From positions 186,001 to 250,000 of the forward strand of contig JBBPEB010000013.1 of the NCBI GenBank assembly GCA_039096225.1: a stretch of DNA of 64,000 nt, written 5' to 3'. This DNA is from Blastocystis sp. Blastoise (taxonomy: Eukaryota > Protista > Bigyra: Opalinata). Below are positions 1-32,719 of this stretch, one piece after another. The position numbers were made by a program, and so were the translations under genes. Within the stretch, counting starts at the first letter, position 1. Each line of letters begins with the position of its first letter. The notes under the pieces are model-generated. The model saw only the letters and a program-made list of their open reading frames with translations, did not search any database and was not told the origin of the DNA.

Positions 1-614
1 CTTGTTCCAAGTACTGTTTTAATAACTGCTCATCATCGTACTATAGAATTATATCATAACAATATTGAAATTGAATCATTCTCTTTATTAAAAGAATGAA
101 TAATGTATAGTTTAAAACAATAGAATAGTAAATATCTATACAGTTAAATATTTTATATTATTTTCACTAGTTATTGGTTGAGACAGTAGATACGATTCAT
201 TTTGAGATCTATTCTCAATTGCTATATAGAAAAATATATAAATATTTTATTGTAAAAGAATATAAACATACATTTATTCGATTGACTTGGAATTGAATCT
301 TGTGAAAGCAATTGAACTTCTTTAGAATTATTTAAAACAATATTCTTATCATTATCAAGTGAAGAAGGATTCAAATTTGACGACGACTTCGATGGCTATA
401 ACAAAATAATGTTTTGAAATGAAAGATATATTATTTTAATAAAATATACATTATATTTTGATTCTAAGAAATTAATTGCCTTTTGATAAGAGTCTTTCTT
501 TATAGAATCTATTCGATAGAATCAGATTTTTCATTACAGAAATAAGTGTATACTTAGAGATTCTTCGTCAAATATCCAGTTTTCATAATGTGTAGATATT
601 TCAAATTGTGCCAT
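1..614 (-). CDS. CCNH: Cyclin H (CDK7/TFIIH cyclin), 5' exons; gene continues beyond the window start
   Basis: ATG at 614. The spliced N-terminus MAQFEISTHYENWIFDEESLNSIKKDSYQKAINFLESKYN matches the cyclin H N-terminal F-x-x-S-T-x4-W-I-F pattern. A later exon reads YDDEQLLKQYLEQ. Introns are GT-AG. Confidence 0.7.
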
Positions 615-1113
615 AATGAAAAACAAATAAAATAAAGAATTATTAATTTTTTTTTGAAAAAATATTTCTTTTAGTTCATTTTTACTTTTTATTCACAATT
701 AATAGAACTCTTTTCAATGAACAAAAAAAGTTTTTCTTTTCATTTCATTCTATAATAGAAAAAGAAAATCATGAAAAATATAGATTTGAATATTGATTAA
801 CCTATATAGAACATACAACATTTAAATAGCATTGAAAAACATAATGAATCAAATAAAGATTCAAACAATTTTCTATATTTCATTTAATATCATAAATAAA
901 TTCATAAATTAAAAGTGATCTAACAAAATAGTAATAATAAAATTGAAACAAAACAAAAAGAAAAACAAAATGAATCAATGAATTACGTTATTCCAACATA
1001 TAAAAAATAAAATTAACTTTCAAAATAAAAAGTGAAAAAAATAGAGATTATTACAGTAAAATAATCCCCATATCAAACCATCAATACCGAAACAAAATAA
1101 ATAACAATAAAAA

Positions 1114-1519
1114 TTAAAGGTTTTTTAAGCAAGAATTGAATTCATTAAGAAGATTTTGACATGCGTTGAGACTGTTATTTGATTGTTGAAGACAATGAGT
1201 GAGTTCGTTGAATTTTATAGGACAAGTTTGTTTAGCATAAGCAATACTATAGATTGAGAATTAATATATATGTTCAAAAAAATTAAAAAAACAATAAATT
1301 TAATTAAAAAAAAAGGTTATATTCATACACTTCTTGATGACACATGGAAACAGCTTGATGAAGTTCATTAGTTTTTTCGTGAATTCCTTCAGTAGAAGCT
1401 TGTTCATAAGCTTTTTGAAGGTCAATACATTGAGTACTGATGAGTTCAGAGACAGCAGTTAATTCATAAGGAGTAGGAATAGAAAGAATTTGGCTTTCAG
1501 CGTTATTGATAGCTTCCAT
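1114..1519 (-). CDS. NDUFA8: NDUFA8-like CX9C protein (complex I intermembrane-space subunit), 2 exons
   Basis: The spliced product MEAINNAESQILSIPTPYELTAVSELISTQC...VSMCHQEV|IAYAKQTCPIKFNELTHCLQQSNNSLNACQNLLNEFNSCLKNL* has a twin CX9C motif and the IPT..L.A...I...C register of NDUFA8. Confidence 0.65.
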
Positions 1520-2049
1520 GATTATTGTTATAATTAAGAAAAAGTAGATATAAGAATACAAATAATTATTAATGAATTAATCAATAAATAAAAGTGAATA
1601 CTCAACAATTTTTCTGTTTTTCGTAAAAATAATGAATGGTAACTTCCAGGGTTCGCCAAACTGTACTTTGAGTACGGTCTGTACTCCAAGAAAGTTTTTT
1701 TGTACTCCAAAGAAAATTTCTTTGTAAATGGTTAAATAAGTCTATTATGATAGATATATTATTATAAACATAAAGTAGATGAATCAAACTATCGTTTTTA
1801 TGCGAATAAAGCATTTTTATTGAAGTTGGTTTTTCTAATTGACGATTTTGTTTCTTAAACTCTTATTTGTAGAAATTATTTCAGTAAATAGTAATAATAT
1901 AATATATAATTCATTCACAATTCAAAATGTTCTCCGTCGATTTTAATCACCTGAAAACAAGTAATTCAGTATATATATTTTTTTGTAAAACTCAAATATA
2001 CAATGTTATTTGGATATAAATGAACAAATAAGTAATATTAAAGCTACCT

Positions 2050-2440
2050 AATAGCTATAAAACGTTAAAATTGTCATCAAGAATACTCATTTTTTTACAA
2101 TGCATCAACTGATGTTGAGTTTATCAATATGCTGATAAAGTAAAGCATGTCTACTTTTCTATTTGATAACTTTCGTCGTTTTATAACGATCTTGTATTTA
2201 ATGTAATAATGTAATTAAAAAGTTTTTATTAAATATCATGAAGTAGTCTTGTAGGGACTGTACAGATACATCCTGACTAGTAATAAAAATTAAATAAACG
2301 AAAAATATATTAAAATATTTTTTTTCAAAAACCAAACAAAAAACAATACAATGAACAAAAGCTGGATTTGAAAAAACAATACGTCCAACAAAATGATTTT
2401 TAATAGCCTTATAAAATGCTTTTAAAATACATTTTATATG
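2050..2440 (-). pseudogene. Possible decayed exon fragments of a second captured gene inside the transposon
   Basis: Minus-strand reading KAFYKAIKNHFVGRIVFSNPAFVH, then a GT..AG intron-like gap, then QDVSVQSLQDYFMIF...LLH*IQDRYKTTKVIK*KSRHALLYQHIDKLNIS*. It looks coding but is interrupted by stops. Confidence 0.3.
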
Positions 2441-2580
2441 AAGAATAAGTCACAAAACACATTTATAATATTTATATTATAAAATATATTGTTTTAATGT
2501 TTAAAAATAAAAAAATAAAAAAACGGTTAGTAGTCACTAGCTTTGCAATTATTATATGACTTGATGAAAAGTATTATAAG

Positions 2581-2660
2581 GGGGTTGTTTGGTCAAATGG
2601 TCAGTGCATATAAATTTTTTACATGGTCGACGGATCGATTCTTACGAGGAACTATTTTTT
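2581..2660 (+). pseudogene. Degenerate tRNA (Ala-like) pseudogene / Pol III cassette
   Basis: The 5' end GGGGTTGTTTGGTCAAATGG resembles tRNA-Ala (A-box). B-box GGATCGATTC, followed by a T7 run. Anticodon and acceptor stems no longer pair. Confidence 0.5.
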
Positions 2661-2940
2661 TAAACTTTTTCTTTTGACTGTTATTTACAATGATTTTATT
2701 AAAAATCAACTTTGTTTCATCTTTATTATTTGTAAATATTATTTAAATTATTGATATCTGCTTTTTAGTTTAGAATCAACATATCAACATATAATTGTTT
2801 TCCAGAATTAAGTAATTTTTGTTTAAAAACAATTCTAAGTATTTCTAGAATGTTATAAATGTAATAAAAGAGCGTAAATATAATATTTGAAGATTTCAAA
2901 TAATTTTAAACTTATTATATAGAACACATAAAAAATAAAA

Positions 2941-3024
2941 TCGAGAAAGCAGTTGGTATAGTCGACCAGCGCTGTAGCTATAGTGGTTATTGTCGCTGGA
3001 TCGAATCTCGCTTGTGGTGTTTTT
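2941..3024 (+). pseudogene. Degenerate tRNA-Tyr(GTA)-like pseudogene with intron-like insert
   Basis: TCGA..GCAGTTGGTATAG..CTGTAG[ctatagtggttat]TGTCGCTGGATCGAATCTCGCTTG parallels the eukaryotic tRNA-Tyr layout (CAGTTGGTAGAG..CTGTAG-intron-GGTCGCTGGTTCGAATCCGGCTCG). A T-run follows. Confidence 0.55.
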
Positions 3025-3053
3025 ATTTTTATTTCTTGGAAAAACATCTCTTT

Positions 3054-7588
<4,535 letters not shown>

Positions 7589-8248
7589 ACATAATTCTTG
7601 ATAATTATCTTTTTTTGACTATTTATAATGTTTGTTAAAGAATAGTATATTAAATAATATATATACTGTTATAATACTGAAATATGATGCTATATTCATC
7701 TTTATTAGTAATGCATCAAACTTATATAAGAAATCTAATATATATTCGTATTCATGGTTATTTTATTTTTTGGGGTATATTTTAAAAAATAACCATATCA
7801 CCAAAAACACGGGAATTATGGTGTACTCAGCCATATTTCGAAACTGGCTTCTTGTACGCCAGTTGAATGATCGTGGCGAACCCTGGTAACTTCCAATAAG
7901 GGGAAGAAATGATGCAGAATCGTCATCGAAAAGAATATAATTCGAATGGTTATGAATGAATTCTAAAGAAGAGAGCGAACTTTTTGGAGATTCAGAAAGA
8001 ATACGGATTGTTTTGTTAATAAAAATATGTTTTTAGCTGAATAGCATCGAATTATGGAAAATTATTATTTCTGGCCTAACTTTCTCGAAATAACATGGGA
8101 AATCATATTCATCATAATTTACGTTTATTCTCTTTTTATAATATTCATGATAATTACTCTGTTTATACTCTATCTATTAAAGAATAATCATGAAAGTTTA
8201 AAAATCAAATAAAACTAACTTGTTAAATACATATTTTGCAAAGTAGAG

Positions 8249-8872
8249 ATGTTAAGAACCTTTATTTTGATTTTACTTTGTATTTTCATAAGTATAGTAT
8301 CCTCTGAAAAAATTATGGATACAGTTACTTGTGAGAATGAGTGTTTGAATGATGGAGTCTGCAATAGTTCAACAAATCAATGTGAATGTCCTTTCGGTTG
8401 TTTTGGTGAAATTTGTGAAAATTGTCCTTTATATAGTCCTTGGACAATAGCAATTCTTATATTTTTGTTATTAGTCAGTATTTGTTATACCATTTATCAT
8501 TGTGTGAAGGATCGTTATGTCGTCGAATTATTTAAAGTCAAGAGATATATGAAAATAGGAGAACCTGTGGATCCATTTTTATCGAATTTACATTCAATGA
8601 CTGAGTCAGCTACTATTAAAAATAGTACTTTAGGTTCATCTACAATTGATGAAGATAATGAATTATATAAGAATCCTATTCAATGGTGGAAACATAATAC
8701 AACTCCTACTCCTCGACTTACTGGGAATACTCCTGAAACTATTCAAAAACCTTTAAAACTAGTTACTGTTGATACTGTACCTACATCTTCGGAATCTATA
8801 AATATAATATCGAAATCTGTAGAAGATACACAAGTTAATTCTACTAATGTTTCAAAACAAAATAATGAATAA
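8249..8872 (+). CDS. Single-exon type I membrane protein: signal peptide, one EGF-like domain, TM helix, S/T-rich tail
   Basis: MLRTFILILLCIFISIVSS signal; CENECLNDGVCNSSTNQCECPFGCFGEIC EGF pattern; WTIAILIFLLLVSICYTIY TM. Confidence 0.8.
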   Translation: MLRTFILILLCIFISIVSSEKIMDTVTCENECLNDGVCNSSTNQCECPFGCFGEICENCPLYSPWTIAILIFLLLVSICYTIYHCVKDRYVVELFKVKRYMKIGEPVDPFLSNLHSMTESATIKNSTLGSSTIDEDNELYKNPIQWWKHNTTPTPRLTGNTPETIQKPLKLVTVDTVPTSSESINIISKSVEDTQVNSTNVSKQNNE

Positions 8873-9435
8873 ATCTTGAATTGTTCTTATAGTATATATA
8901 ATATGATGTATTGTTTTTGAATATTATTCGTATTATATTAAAAGTATATTTCTATTCGTTATTATTATGAGTATTCTATCTAGAATAATAATTATAATAA
9001 ATATATATGTATATATGGTTTTATATATTGTTTTTATGTATTAAAAAAAAAAGAATGTATCTCTAGCTTGAGGAACAATTTTCATTTTTCTTTCTTTTAT
9101 GTTTTCTTTATTCATTTATTATCTTATATATTTGTTTTTTTTTAAATCTTTTTTTCTTCAGTAATTGATTATAGACATTGTTTTCTTTATAAAGTATTTG
9201 TTTTTATAGTAAATTTTTTTTTAGAAATTATATGGCGGTTATTTTTCTAATAAAATATTTATTTTCTTAAAAAACATTTATATATGTAAAAAAAAGTTAA
9301 AATGAATAGAATAATACTAATAAAACACAACAAAGGGTTTAGGAACAAATAGAGGAAAACAGAAGATAATGAATCGTATCATTATTTATAAAAGAAAAAG
9401 GATGTGTAATAAACATTATTATAAATAAATCATAA

Positions 9436-11084
<1,649 letters not shown>

Positions 11085-12842
11085 TTTCAAATAGGTAGTA
11101 ACTCAATAAAGTATATTATTATAAAATATAAAAGTTCTAGGAAAGAAACAAATATTATTCAATCAAGAATACTAAATTTAACAATTGATGAAAACAAACA
11201 GAATTTTTCTAGCCATTTTTTTCTTTTCAAAATGTCAGAAATATATCCCATAATATAACGTCACTAATCGTGGAAATTCGCTATTATTACCCAGCATTTC
11301 AACAGTCCTTTTTCAGACATTATGGTTTCATTTATCATAATATTCACGATTATTCCTGATCAAAAATAATCACCACGTTTCAGACATATCTGAAATATTT
11401 ATTAAATGTGATAACCGTATTTATGCCAGAAGTTCACGTATAAAACATAACATCTATAAACATATATATTTTTAGAATATAGATTATCTAATAATTGTGG
11501 TCTAACATCTAAAAATAAATAAAATAATAACATTCATAAAAATCTTGTTTTTCGTACTTATAATATTATTCATACTAAGATTTATATAAAAAATGAGATC
11601 TAATATTTGCAATGAGTTAGTTTCTATTTTTATTATATTCAAATTCACTGATGATTCTTTGAGGATTCAAAAATATTGTAGTTTTCTTATATATAATAAT
11701 AGTATAAATATGAATTTGTTTTTTTTTCATATTCTCTATGATTTTTTCTGGTTAAATAAGAAAGCGTTTGCATTTTTAAATAAATATCATGTTTCCGTTA
11801 TAAATGTTATATAAACAGAAACAGAATCTACAAACATAAATATTTTTTTCAGAGTATCAAACAAAACTCTTATTTAATACTAGTTATTCTTCAAAGTATT
11901 CATATCACTGTATTCGAAAGCAAACAATTTATTCAATAGTTGTATATCTTTAAAATAATTCATTCTATTTTTATGAAAAATGTCAATGATAATGTAGTTC
12001 ATACTTATTGATATTGAAAAATTCTATATAATTTGTCTTTAAAATAAAGGAACATTGCATTCAAATGATTGTAATTGAATTTTTCAATATTCAAATACAA
12101 AAACGAGTTCATTTTAGAATCATTTCATAGTTTTATTAGCAATATAATTAAATAGCGCTATCTACACAAATATATATGCAATTATAATCTAGTATACTAT
12201 TGATTCAATTTTCTATTGATCAATGAATACAAAAATAAGCATTAATTTCTTATAGAATTGTTCTTTTAGATTTGTATTTATAATAACTATTATGAATCAA
12301 TAATGATCAGCACAAATTATCATAATATAAGACTAATATCAGCACAAAAACAAAGAAAAACATAATTGGTTGTTTTTAGTGACTAGAAGGGAATATAAGA
12401 AGACATTCTTCTCTAACAGATATTGACTAATGAATAAATCATAAAAAACCAAATATCTATATCACTTCATGACCAATTAATAAAATCATCAGTTCAATTT
12501 ATATATAAAAATATTCTTGTTAAGTTTCATATCTCATCTATTTATAAAAAACAACATTTCTTGATCAATTATTATCGATTTGAACTTATTTAACAAAGAA
12601 AAAACAAAACAGTCAGAAAAATAATTATTGGTAATTTCTGTGTTAACCAGTGAATACTCTTTTTTATTCGGGAGAATACTTTATATGGAACGAATAGATC
12701 AAAATGAAAAAAACGTCTTCTGTGTTTTTATTTGGTTTATTATCCTCTTTTTTAAATATTATTTTCTATTGAGAACCATTAAAGTAATATTACTTAACTA
12801 CATTGTTTTTCTTATAATTTATATTTAGAATATTGTGGTATT

Positions 12843-18850
<6,008 letters not shown>

Positions 18851-19340
18851 TATATTATATATGTATATATCTATTTTATACTATTATTTATACATATATA
18901 TATATTCATTATTTTTTATTGTTTATTATTCTATCTTTATATATTTACTTGTTCTCTATATATATATACACTTATATATATATTTGTTTCTATTTTTCTC
19001 TACATCTATTTATATAGTAATGTACTTCTAACATTTTATTATTAAATATAATTTTTTTATATTTTTATATAACTTTATGTATTTTCTTTTGATTTAACAT
19101 ATATATATACATTTATTTTTTTGTGTTACTATAGTTTTATATATAATTAGTTTTTAAAGAATATATATATATATATATATATATTTATATTGATAACTAT
19201 CTTTTCGATTTCTATTTTATTTTTTTATCGTTATATTATATTATATCTATAAATCTCTATTTCTTTATTTTAACTATATTTGAATATATCTTTTTTATAA
19301 TACATTTATTTACAAAATTTTTGAAACTATTCTTTAGTTT

Positions 19341-19399
<59 letters not shown>

Positions 19400-20263
19400 C
19401 ATTTAAATTTATTTTTAAAAATATCTATTCATCGCTGGTATTATTTATAATACAACTTCTATTTATATATCTATATATAATCTCTATCCGTCTCTTCTTC
19501 TAATCTCGAAAATATATTCTTATTTTTGTGTATATTTATAATTTCTTATTGAAATAATTTCTCTTTTTCTCTTTTTTTTTTTTTTGAAAAATAGTATTTT
19601 ATTCTCAATAAATTATCTTTATTTTTGTTTAAAAATTAAAATTTTTAGTATCTTTATATGTATAGATCTAAAAATTCTGTTTTATTATTCGCAGTGACTA
19701 TCAATCCTGCAATAATAATTCTCTTATTGTTATTCATGTGTTTTGTTATTCATTACTATTATTTATATAACAATAGTATTATTTATAGATGCTCATAGGC
19801 AATCAACTATTTTTCTACTCAAATGGTTCTGTACTTGAATGAATAGAAATTCATTTTATAATATCTCGTATTTTCTCATGTTTATGATGAATATTTCTAA
19901 AAAATTTATGGAAGTTTTTTTTTTAAATTCTTCTTTCTTATTAGGATAATATATAAACATATGATACTATTTATATACAACAACGAATTAATAACTGTAA
20001 CTATTACAATGTTATCTATTATTTATAGAATAGTGCTTTATAATACTATTTCTTGACAACAAAAATATATAGAGTTATTATGTTTATTATAAATAATAAA
20101 AATAAAGATTTGATAATTATTATACATTCAAAATTAGAAATTAAAAAAAGTATCATAAAAAAATAGAGTACAGTACAAAATGAAAAGAAAACAAAAAAAA
20201 AGAGTGTGTTTATAGTATACAATAGAATAGAGATAAGAATATATATATATATATATATATAGT

Positions 20264-22401
<2,138 letters not shown>

Positions 22402-23645
22402 CTTAAATAAGTGAGAGTAAACAGAAAAGAAAAGATTAATAAAACAAACAAATAATCTTGAAACGAGAAAAAAAAGTGTCCATAAAAATAATTTCCAAAT
22501 AATAGGGCGTCATCCATAAATAATCACAAAATTATTCGTTTTCATAAAAAAATAAGAAAAGACAGTTTATTGATTGGATCTATCTTGTTAATCTGAAGAT
22601 ATCTTATATAAAATTATAATTGTTTTTTCAAAAAAAGGCATATATAAGTATTTCATAAAACATTATATTACTAAATAATAAAAATTCAATTTAAGATAGT
22701 TTTGATGATGAATACATTCAAATGAGAACGCTGATTCGCCTTTTATTTTTACTTTTATAGTTTTAGAAGTGAATTGTGCATCGTTATTTTATGTGCTGAG
22801 AATAAATAAACATTGTTCCTGTTTCTTTTCTTTAGTTATCACCAGTCATTTTGAATAAACTGAAAAAGAAAAATACGTTTTTTTTTATTCATTTTATGGT
22901 ATATGCATTTAATTGAAGAAATAAAGTATATGTTTATATAATTTATATGACATAATACGCATCAAAAAAGGCATTTTCTTTTTTAAGTTTTTTTTAAATT
23001 ATTTCAATATTAAAAGAGTATCATTCCTGATTACAAGCAGACTGAAGCTTTTTAAAATCATATTAAAAGTTGTATACTAATATTTGTTTTACAAAAATTA
23101 AATAATATGTTTGCTTTCCTTTAATATAAGCATTGATAAATCTATTTCTACGTCAATGAGATGTCTGTGTTTGCATAATCATTAAAATATATATATGAAA
23201 TGATAAAACAAAATTGAAATGTATTTGAAATCGTTATCAAAATGATTTTTTAACAATACGGAATCGCTGAATATAATTAAAGCATTTCAATTATTCAATT
23301 TTTCTGATTTCAGAATATGTTTTGAAACACTCAAATGATCGAGCCATGGTTATTCTATGAAAATTATCTTTTTAACTTTCGTACTCTAATGAGTCACTCT
23401 CATGATCTACGTTCATAATAAAGGAATCCAAGTTCAGGAAAAGGATCGAAATAAGAATAAAAAGAATGAAAATTTTTAAAAAATCAATAATGAGAAGGAT
23501 TATTCTAATGGGAATCGCATCCAAATCAATTTTCTTGATAATATATTTTACTATCTTGTTTCTTACGAAACGTTAATTAGTGACTACATCTTTATAGAGG
23601 GATTAAATAGACTCAGCATATTAAGATTATTACATTAAGAATCCA

Positions 23646-26347
<2,702 letters not shown>

Positions 26348-27288
26348 TGTGTTTATTCAAAGTAAAGTATAACTGTAATATTCTATTATATAATATATGT
26401 ATTTATATTTTATATTATTTTTTACATTTTTTTTATTATATTTTTTATATTTTATATTATTATTTTATATTTTCATATATTTTATATTTTCATATATTTT
26501 ATATTTTAAATTATTTTTTTTTTTTTTAATTTTATTATCATTTTATATATACTATATCATGCTGTATATTTGAATTGGTTGCAGTCACAATTTATAAACA
26601 GTCATATAGGCTAGTATTATTATATAGTGTCATATTTTTGACTTTTCCTTTTTTGATTTTATAAATAAATTGTATTTATTATCCTCTTTTTCTTTTTGTT
26701 TTTTTTTTTTTTTTGATTTTTGTTTTATTGATGTTTTTATATTTATATTTGTATAAATATTTTTCTCTTTTTATATAACCATAAATTTCAATTCTTTTTT
26801 CTATCTATCCTGTTTTCTTTTATTTCTTTCATCATGTAAATTAAATTATATGATTTTTTGTGTGTATTATACTCAAGTATCGTAAATTATGTTTCATTTA
26901 TTAGTTTTTCTTATTCAAAATGATCCAGCTCAATTCAATATGCATATCATGTCCCTTTTATAATCCAGAAAATATATTTTTGTCCATATTATATATAATA
27001 AATACGTTTAAAAACAATATAAAAGACAATAGAATCAACTACCTACCCAACAAATTCATTCCTTTACATTAGAACACAGTTTATCTATTTTATGGGAAAA
27101 AACAAGAATATTTTTATTTATTACTAAGTCTATAAAAACCTAATTCAAGAAAATCAGCTGACTGGATAATCATGAGTTATAGCCAATCAAATGACTATAG
27201 ACACTAATTTATCCAATACAATAATACTTGTTTTAACCATAAAAAAATATTCTTTTTCGATTCCATTTTTTTTTTATTATATAAAAAG

Positions 27289-29262
<1,974 letters not shown>

Positions 29263-29642
29263 GCAATCTCTTTATTTCTTTATTATATTCATATATATAT
29301 ATATATATATAAATATAATTCTTTTTATCTGTTTATTTCAATCTTTGATGTTCACTATTTTATTTGCGTGGTTTTATGAATATATAAGTAAATATATCTT
29401 TTTTTTTAACATTTAAAAAGGGAATATTAAATTATTATTATTATTTGTATTGTTATTATATATATATATAATTTATACGATAAAAAAAAAAATTAAAAAT
29501 ACATTTCTATTCAACAACAAAACAGAATGGGGAAATACATACAAATTGAATATAGAATAAAACAATATATACTATGAAACAACAATTAAATATTGAATAA
29601 TCCAACTATTCTTATATATAGAACAATGTAGATTAGTGTAAT

Positions 29643-30197
29643 TTAAGGCAAGATTTCTCCTAAGAATATATTTTTGTCGCTTGATACGGACCCTATAATA
29701 GGTTCGAGAGGATGAAATTGAACATCATTAACACTACCTTTATGACCAGGAAGACAATATCTATATTATATTATATAGTCATTATTAGTATATATAGATT
29801 TATTATTATTATATATTTATTATCTATATATATTACTCTTAATAATAAATGACTACACTTATAAATATATACTTAATTTCAAGAGTTGTTGTATCATATA
29901 CATAAACAAATGAATCGGCACTACCGCACGTGACCATAGACAAATCAGGTGCCCAAGAACACTTTAAAAGATTCTTTTCATAACTGTGCTATATATATAT
30001 ATATATATATATATTTAAAATAAGAATAAGATGAGGAATAGAATTATAATATATATATATATATAAATATATATATATACTGAGTGTCCTCTCATGATTT
30101 TGACACATCTGTTGGTACCCGAGAAGAATGGATTCACATCAAAAACACGAAGCATGTTATCCATACTATTACATAAACTATATATAATACATATAAT

Positions 30198-30229
<32 letters not shown>

Positions 30230-30230
30230 C

Positions 30231-30296
<66 letters not shown>

Positions 30297-30464
30297 TATC
30301 CGCCTTCAGGAGCAGCACTAATTCCCGTGATTATATCGTTCACTGGAGGAAGAGTTAAAGAACAAGTAAATGTGTTCATATCAAAAACCTATATAGAAAA
30401 TATAATAAATATATAATAATATTATTATATACAGTATAAAGAATGAATATGATAAATATAAGAT

Positions 30465-30495
<31 letters not shown>

Positions 30496-31001
30496 CACGA
30501 ATAATTCCATCTAATCCACCAGTAATAATTTGTGTTCCATCTTCATTGAAACAGCAAGAAGTTACTTGATAATCGTGAGGGATTGTTTTAACGCATTTAT
30601 TTGTGTGTCTATCCCATAACTATATATATAAGATTATTATTATTATTATTAGTAATATATACATATTTATTATTATTATTATATAATACGAATCTAAATA
30701 ATGATTAAAATAATGTTAAAAGATTATAATATAATTTATATATATATATACTTTACACGTAGTATCATCCGAGGCAGATATAATTAATTCTTCGCTATTC
30801 TTAGAGACATCAATACTATTCACAAAGGAACCATGGCCCTTAAACTTACGAACACATTTACAATACTATATATATATATATATATAGTTTAGTACCTTTA
30901 AAGAATATATTCTATTAAAAAAAATACTAAATGATAATAAAAAGAATTATAATATATAAATAAAGGGTATAAACAATAATAATAATATATGAATATACAT
31001 A

Positions 31002-31042
<41 letters not shown>

Positions 31043-31625
31043 CAGTATCCCATCCCATCACGAGAGAGTCAGCAGCCCCTGAGTAGAGAGACATTCCATC
31101 AGAACTCCAACATACTTCAGAAATAGCATTCTTATGGCCTTCTAAAACACCAAAATTTTGGCAATCTCCATAAACATCCCATAATAAAATTTGCTTATCA
31201 GCGCCACCAGTAGCTAAATGTTGACCTTCAGGAGAAAACTTAAGAGTATATACAGCATCCTAATAATTGAAATCCATTAAATATCATTATTTATGAACGA
31301 AAATAAGAATTCATCAAGAATATTGTTATAAAATATATATATATATATAAAATAATGTCATAAAAAATGAATCCACCAAGAATATTGGTATAAAATATAT
31401 ATATATATATATAAAGAATAATGTTATAAAAAAAGAATATATAAAGAATATTAAGAAAAAAGAAAATAAATGTACGGTATGTCCTGTAAGAAGCATAGTT
31501 GGTGCAGGTAAACTTGAAGTACGAGGAATCTCTTCGTCTTCCTTAACTATCAATGCTTGATCTTTTTCTACATTAACATTCACTAAAGCAGTAGAACTTG
31601 CGTTTCCAGAACCTTCAATTTCCAT
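29643..31625 (-). CDS. SNRNP40: U5 snRNP 40-kDa WD40 protein (SNRNP40/Cwf17/Spf38)
   Basis: RTSSLPAPTMLLTGH, LLWDVYGDCQNFGVLEGHKNAI, EKNLLKCSW, YCLPGHKGSVNDVQFHPLEPII, IFLGEILP*. Confidence 0.93.
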
Positions 31626-32719
31626 ATTTTCGTAACTATAGCATATTTTAATAGCAATAGAATAACAATTATTATAAAAGGATTATCATGAAAAGAAAGT
31701 ATTCATAAGATGCTACAAGTGTATTATAGTACATACATCTAATACTATAAAAATTTAATTCAACGAAGATCGACTGAGTCTATACAGGCTTCTACTTTGA
31801 AAAAAAAATAAAATAGACATAATCAATAATTACGGGAATAAGAAATAATTATCTGGAATTTTCATTTTGATACTTTTCATAATTTTATTGAATCATTTTT
31901 CTCTATTTAATCATATATTTATTGTAAGAGTATATTAATATAATCAGCGTATAGAATTAGAACGTAAAAAGATTTTTAAAACTAAATCTATTGATTAATT
32001 TGGGTGTAATTTGTTTTTTATGCGCTATTCATTGTTACACTCTATATGTTCAATACAAAAATAGATTTTCGATAATTGTGTGTATATAAGACATGAAATA
32101 TATGGTTTTTCTCTTCAGTTTATTTCATTTTCAATTTATTTTGCAGAATAAGTGCTTATATTGTTGATATTTATGTTTAAGAGTTGTTAGAGAATTGATC
32201 TTATAATATAAACTCTGTTTTCTTCAAAAATTGAAGTTGATTTCATCACATTATTATTTCCTTTACACATTCAAATATGCTAATCATGCATATGATAATA
32301 CTCATATGATAATGAATTTGGTTGATTTATGCATATGCATTGAAAATATATTCTTTAATGAAAATATCTGATAAAAATACATATATAAGCACTTTTTTAA
32401 AAGAATTTGAATATTGATTAATTCACATATATAGAAATAATACATATATATACATATTTGATTCGATAACAAAACTATTATTTAAGTTCAAATAAATAAA
32501 GAAGAAAAAAAAAGAAAGAAAACAAACCACAATAAATAAAGCATATATATATATCTGCATTTAGCAATAAAAACCAAAATAAAAAAGAATATATATGACA
32601 TGATATAATTTACATATATATATATTATATATTACATTGAATAATATATATAAAGAAATAGAAAATAATATATATATATGAATTATATAAATAATAATTA
32701 AAAAAAAAACTTAAATAGT

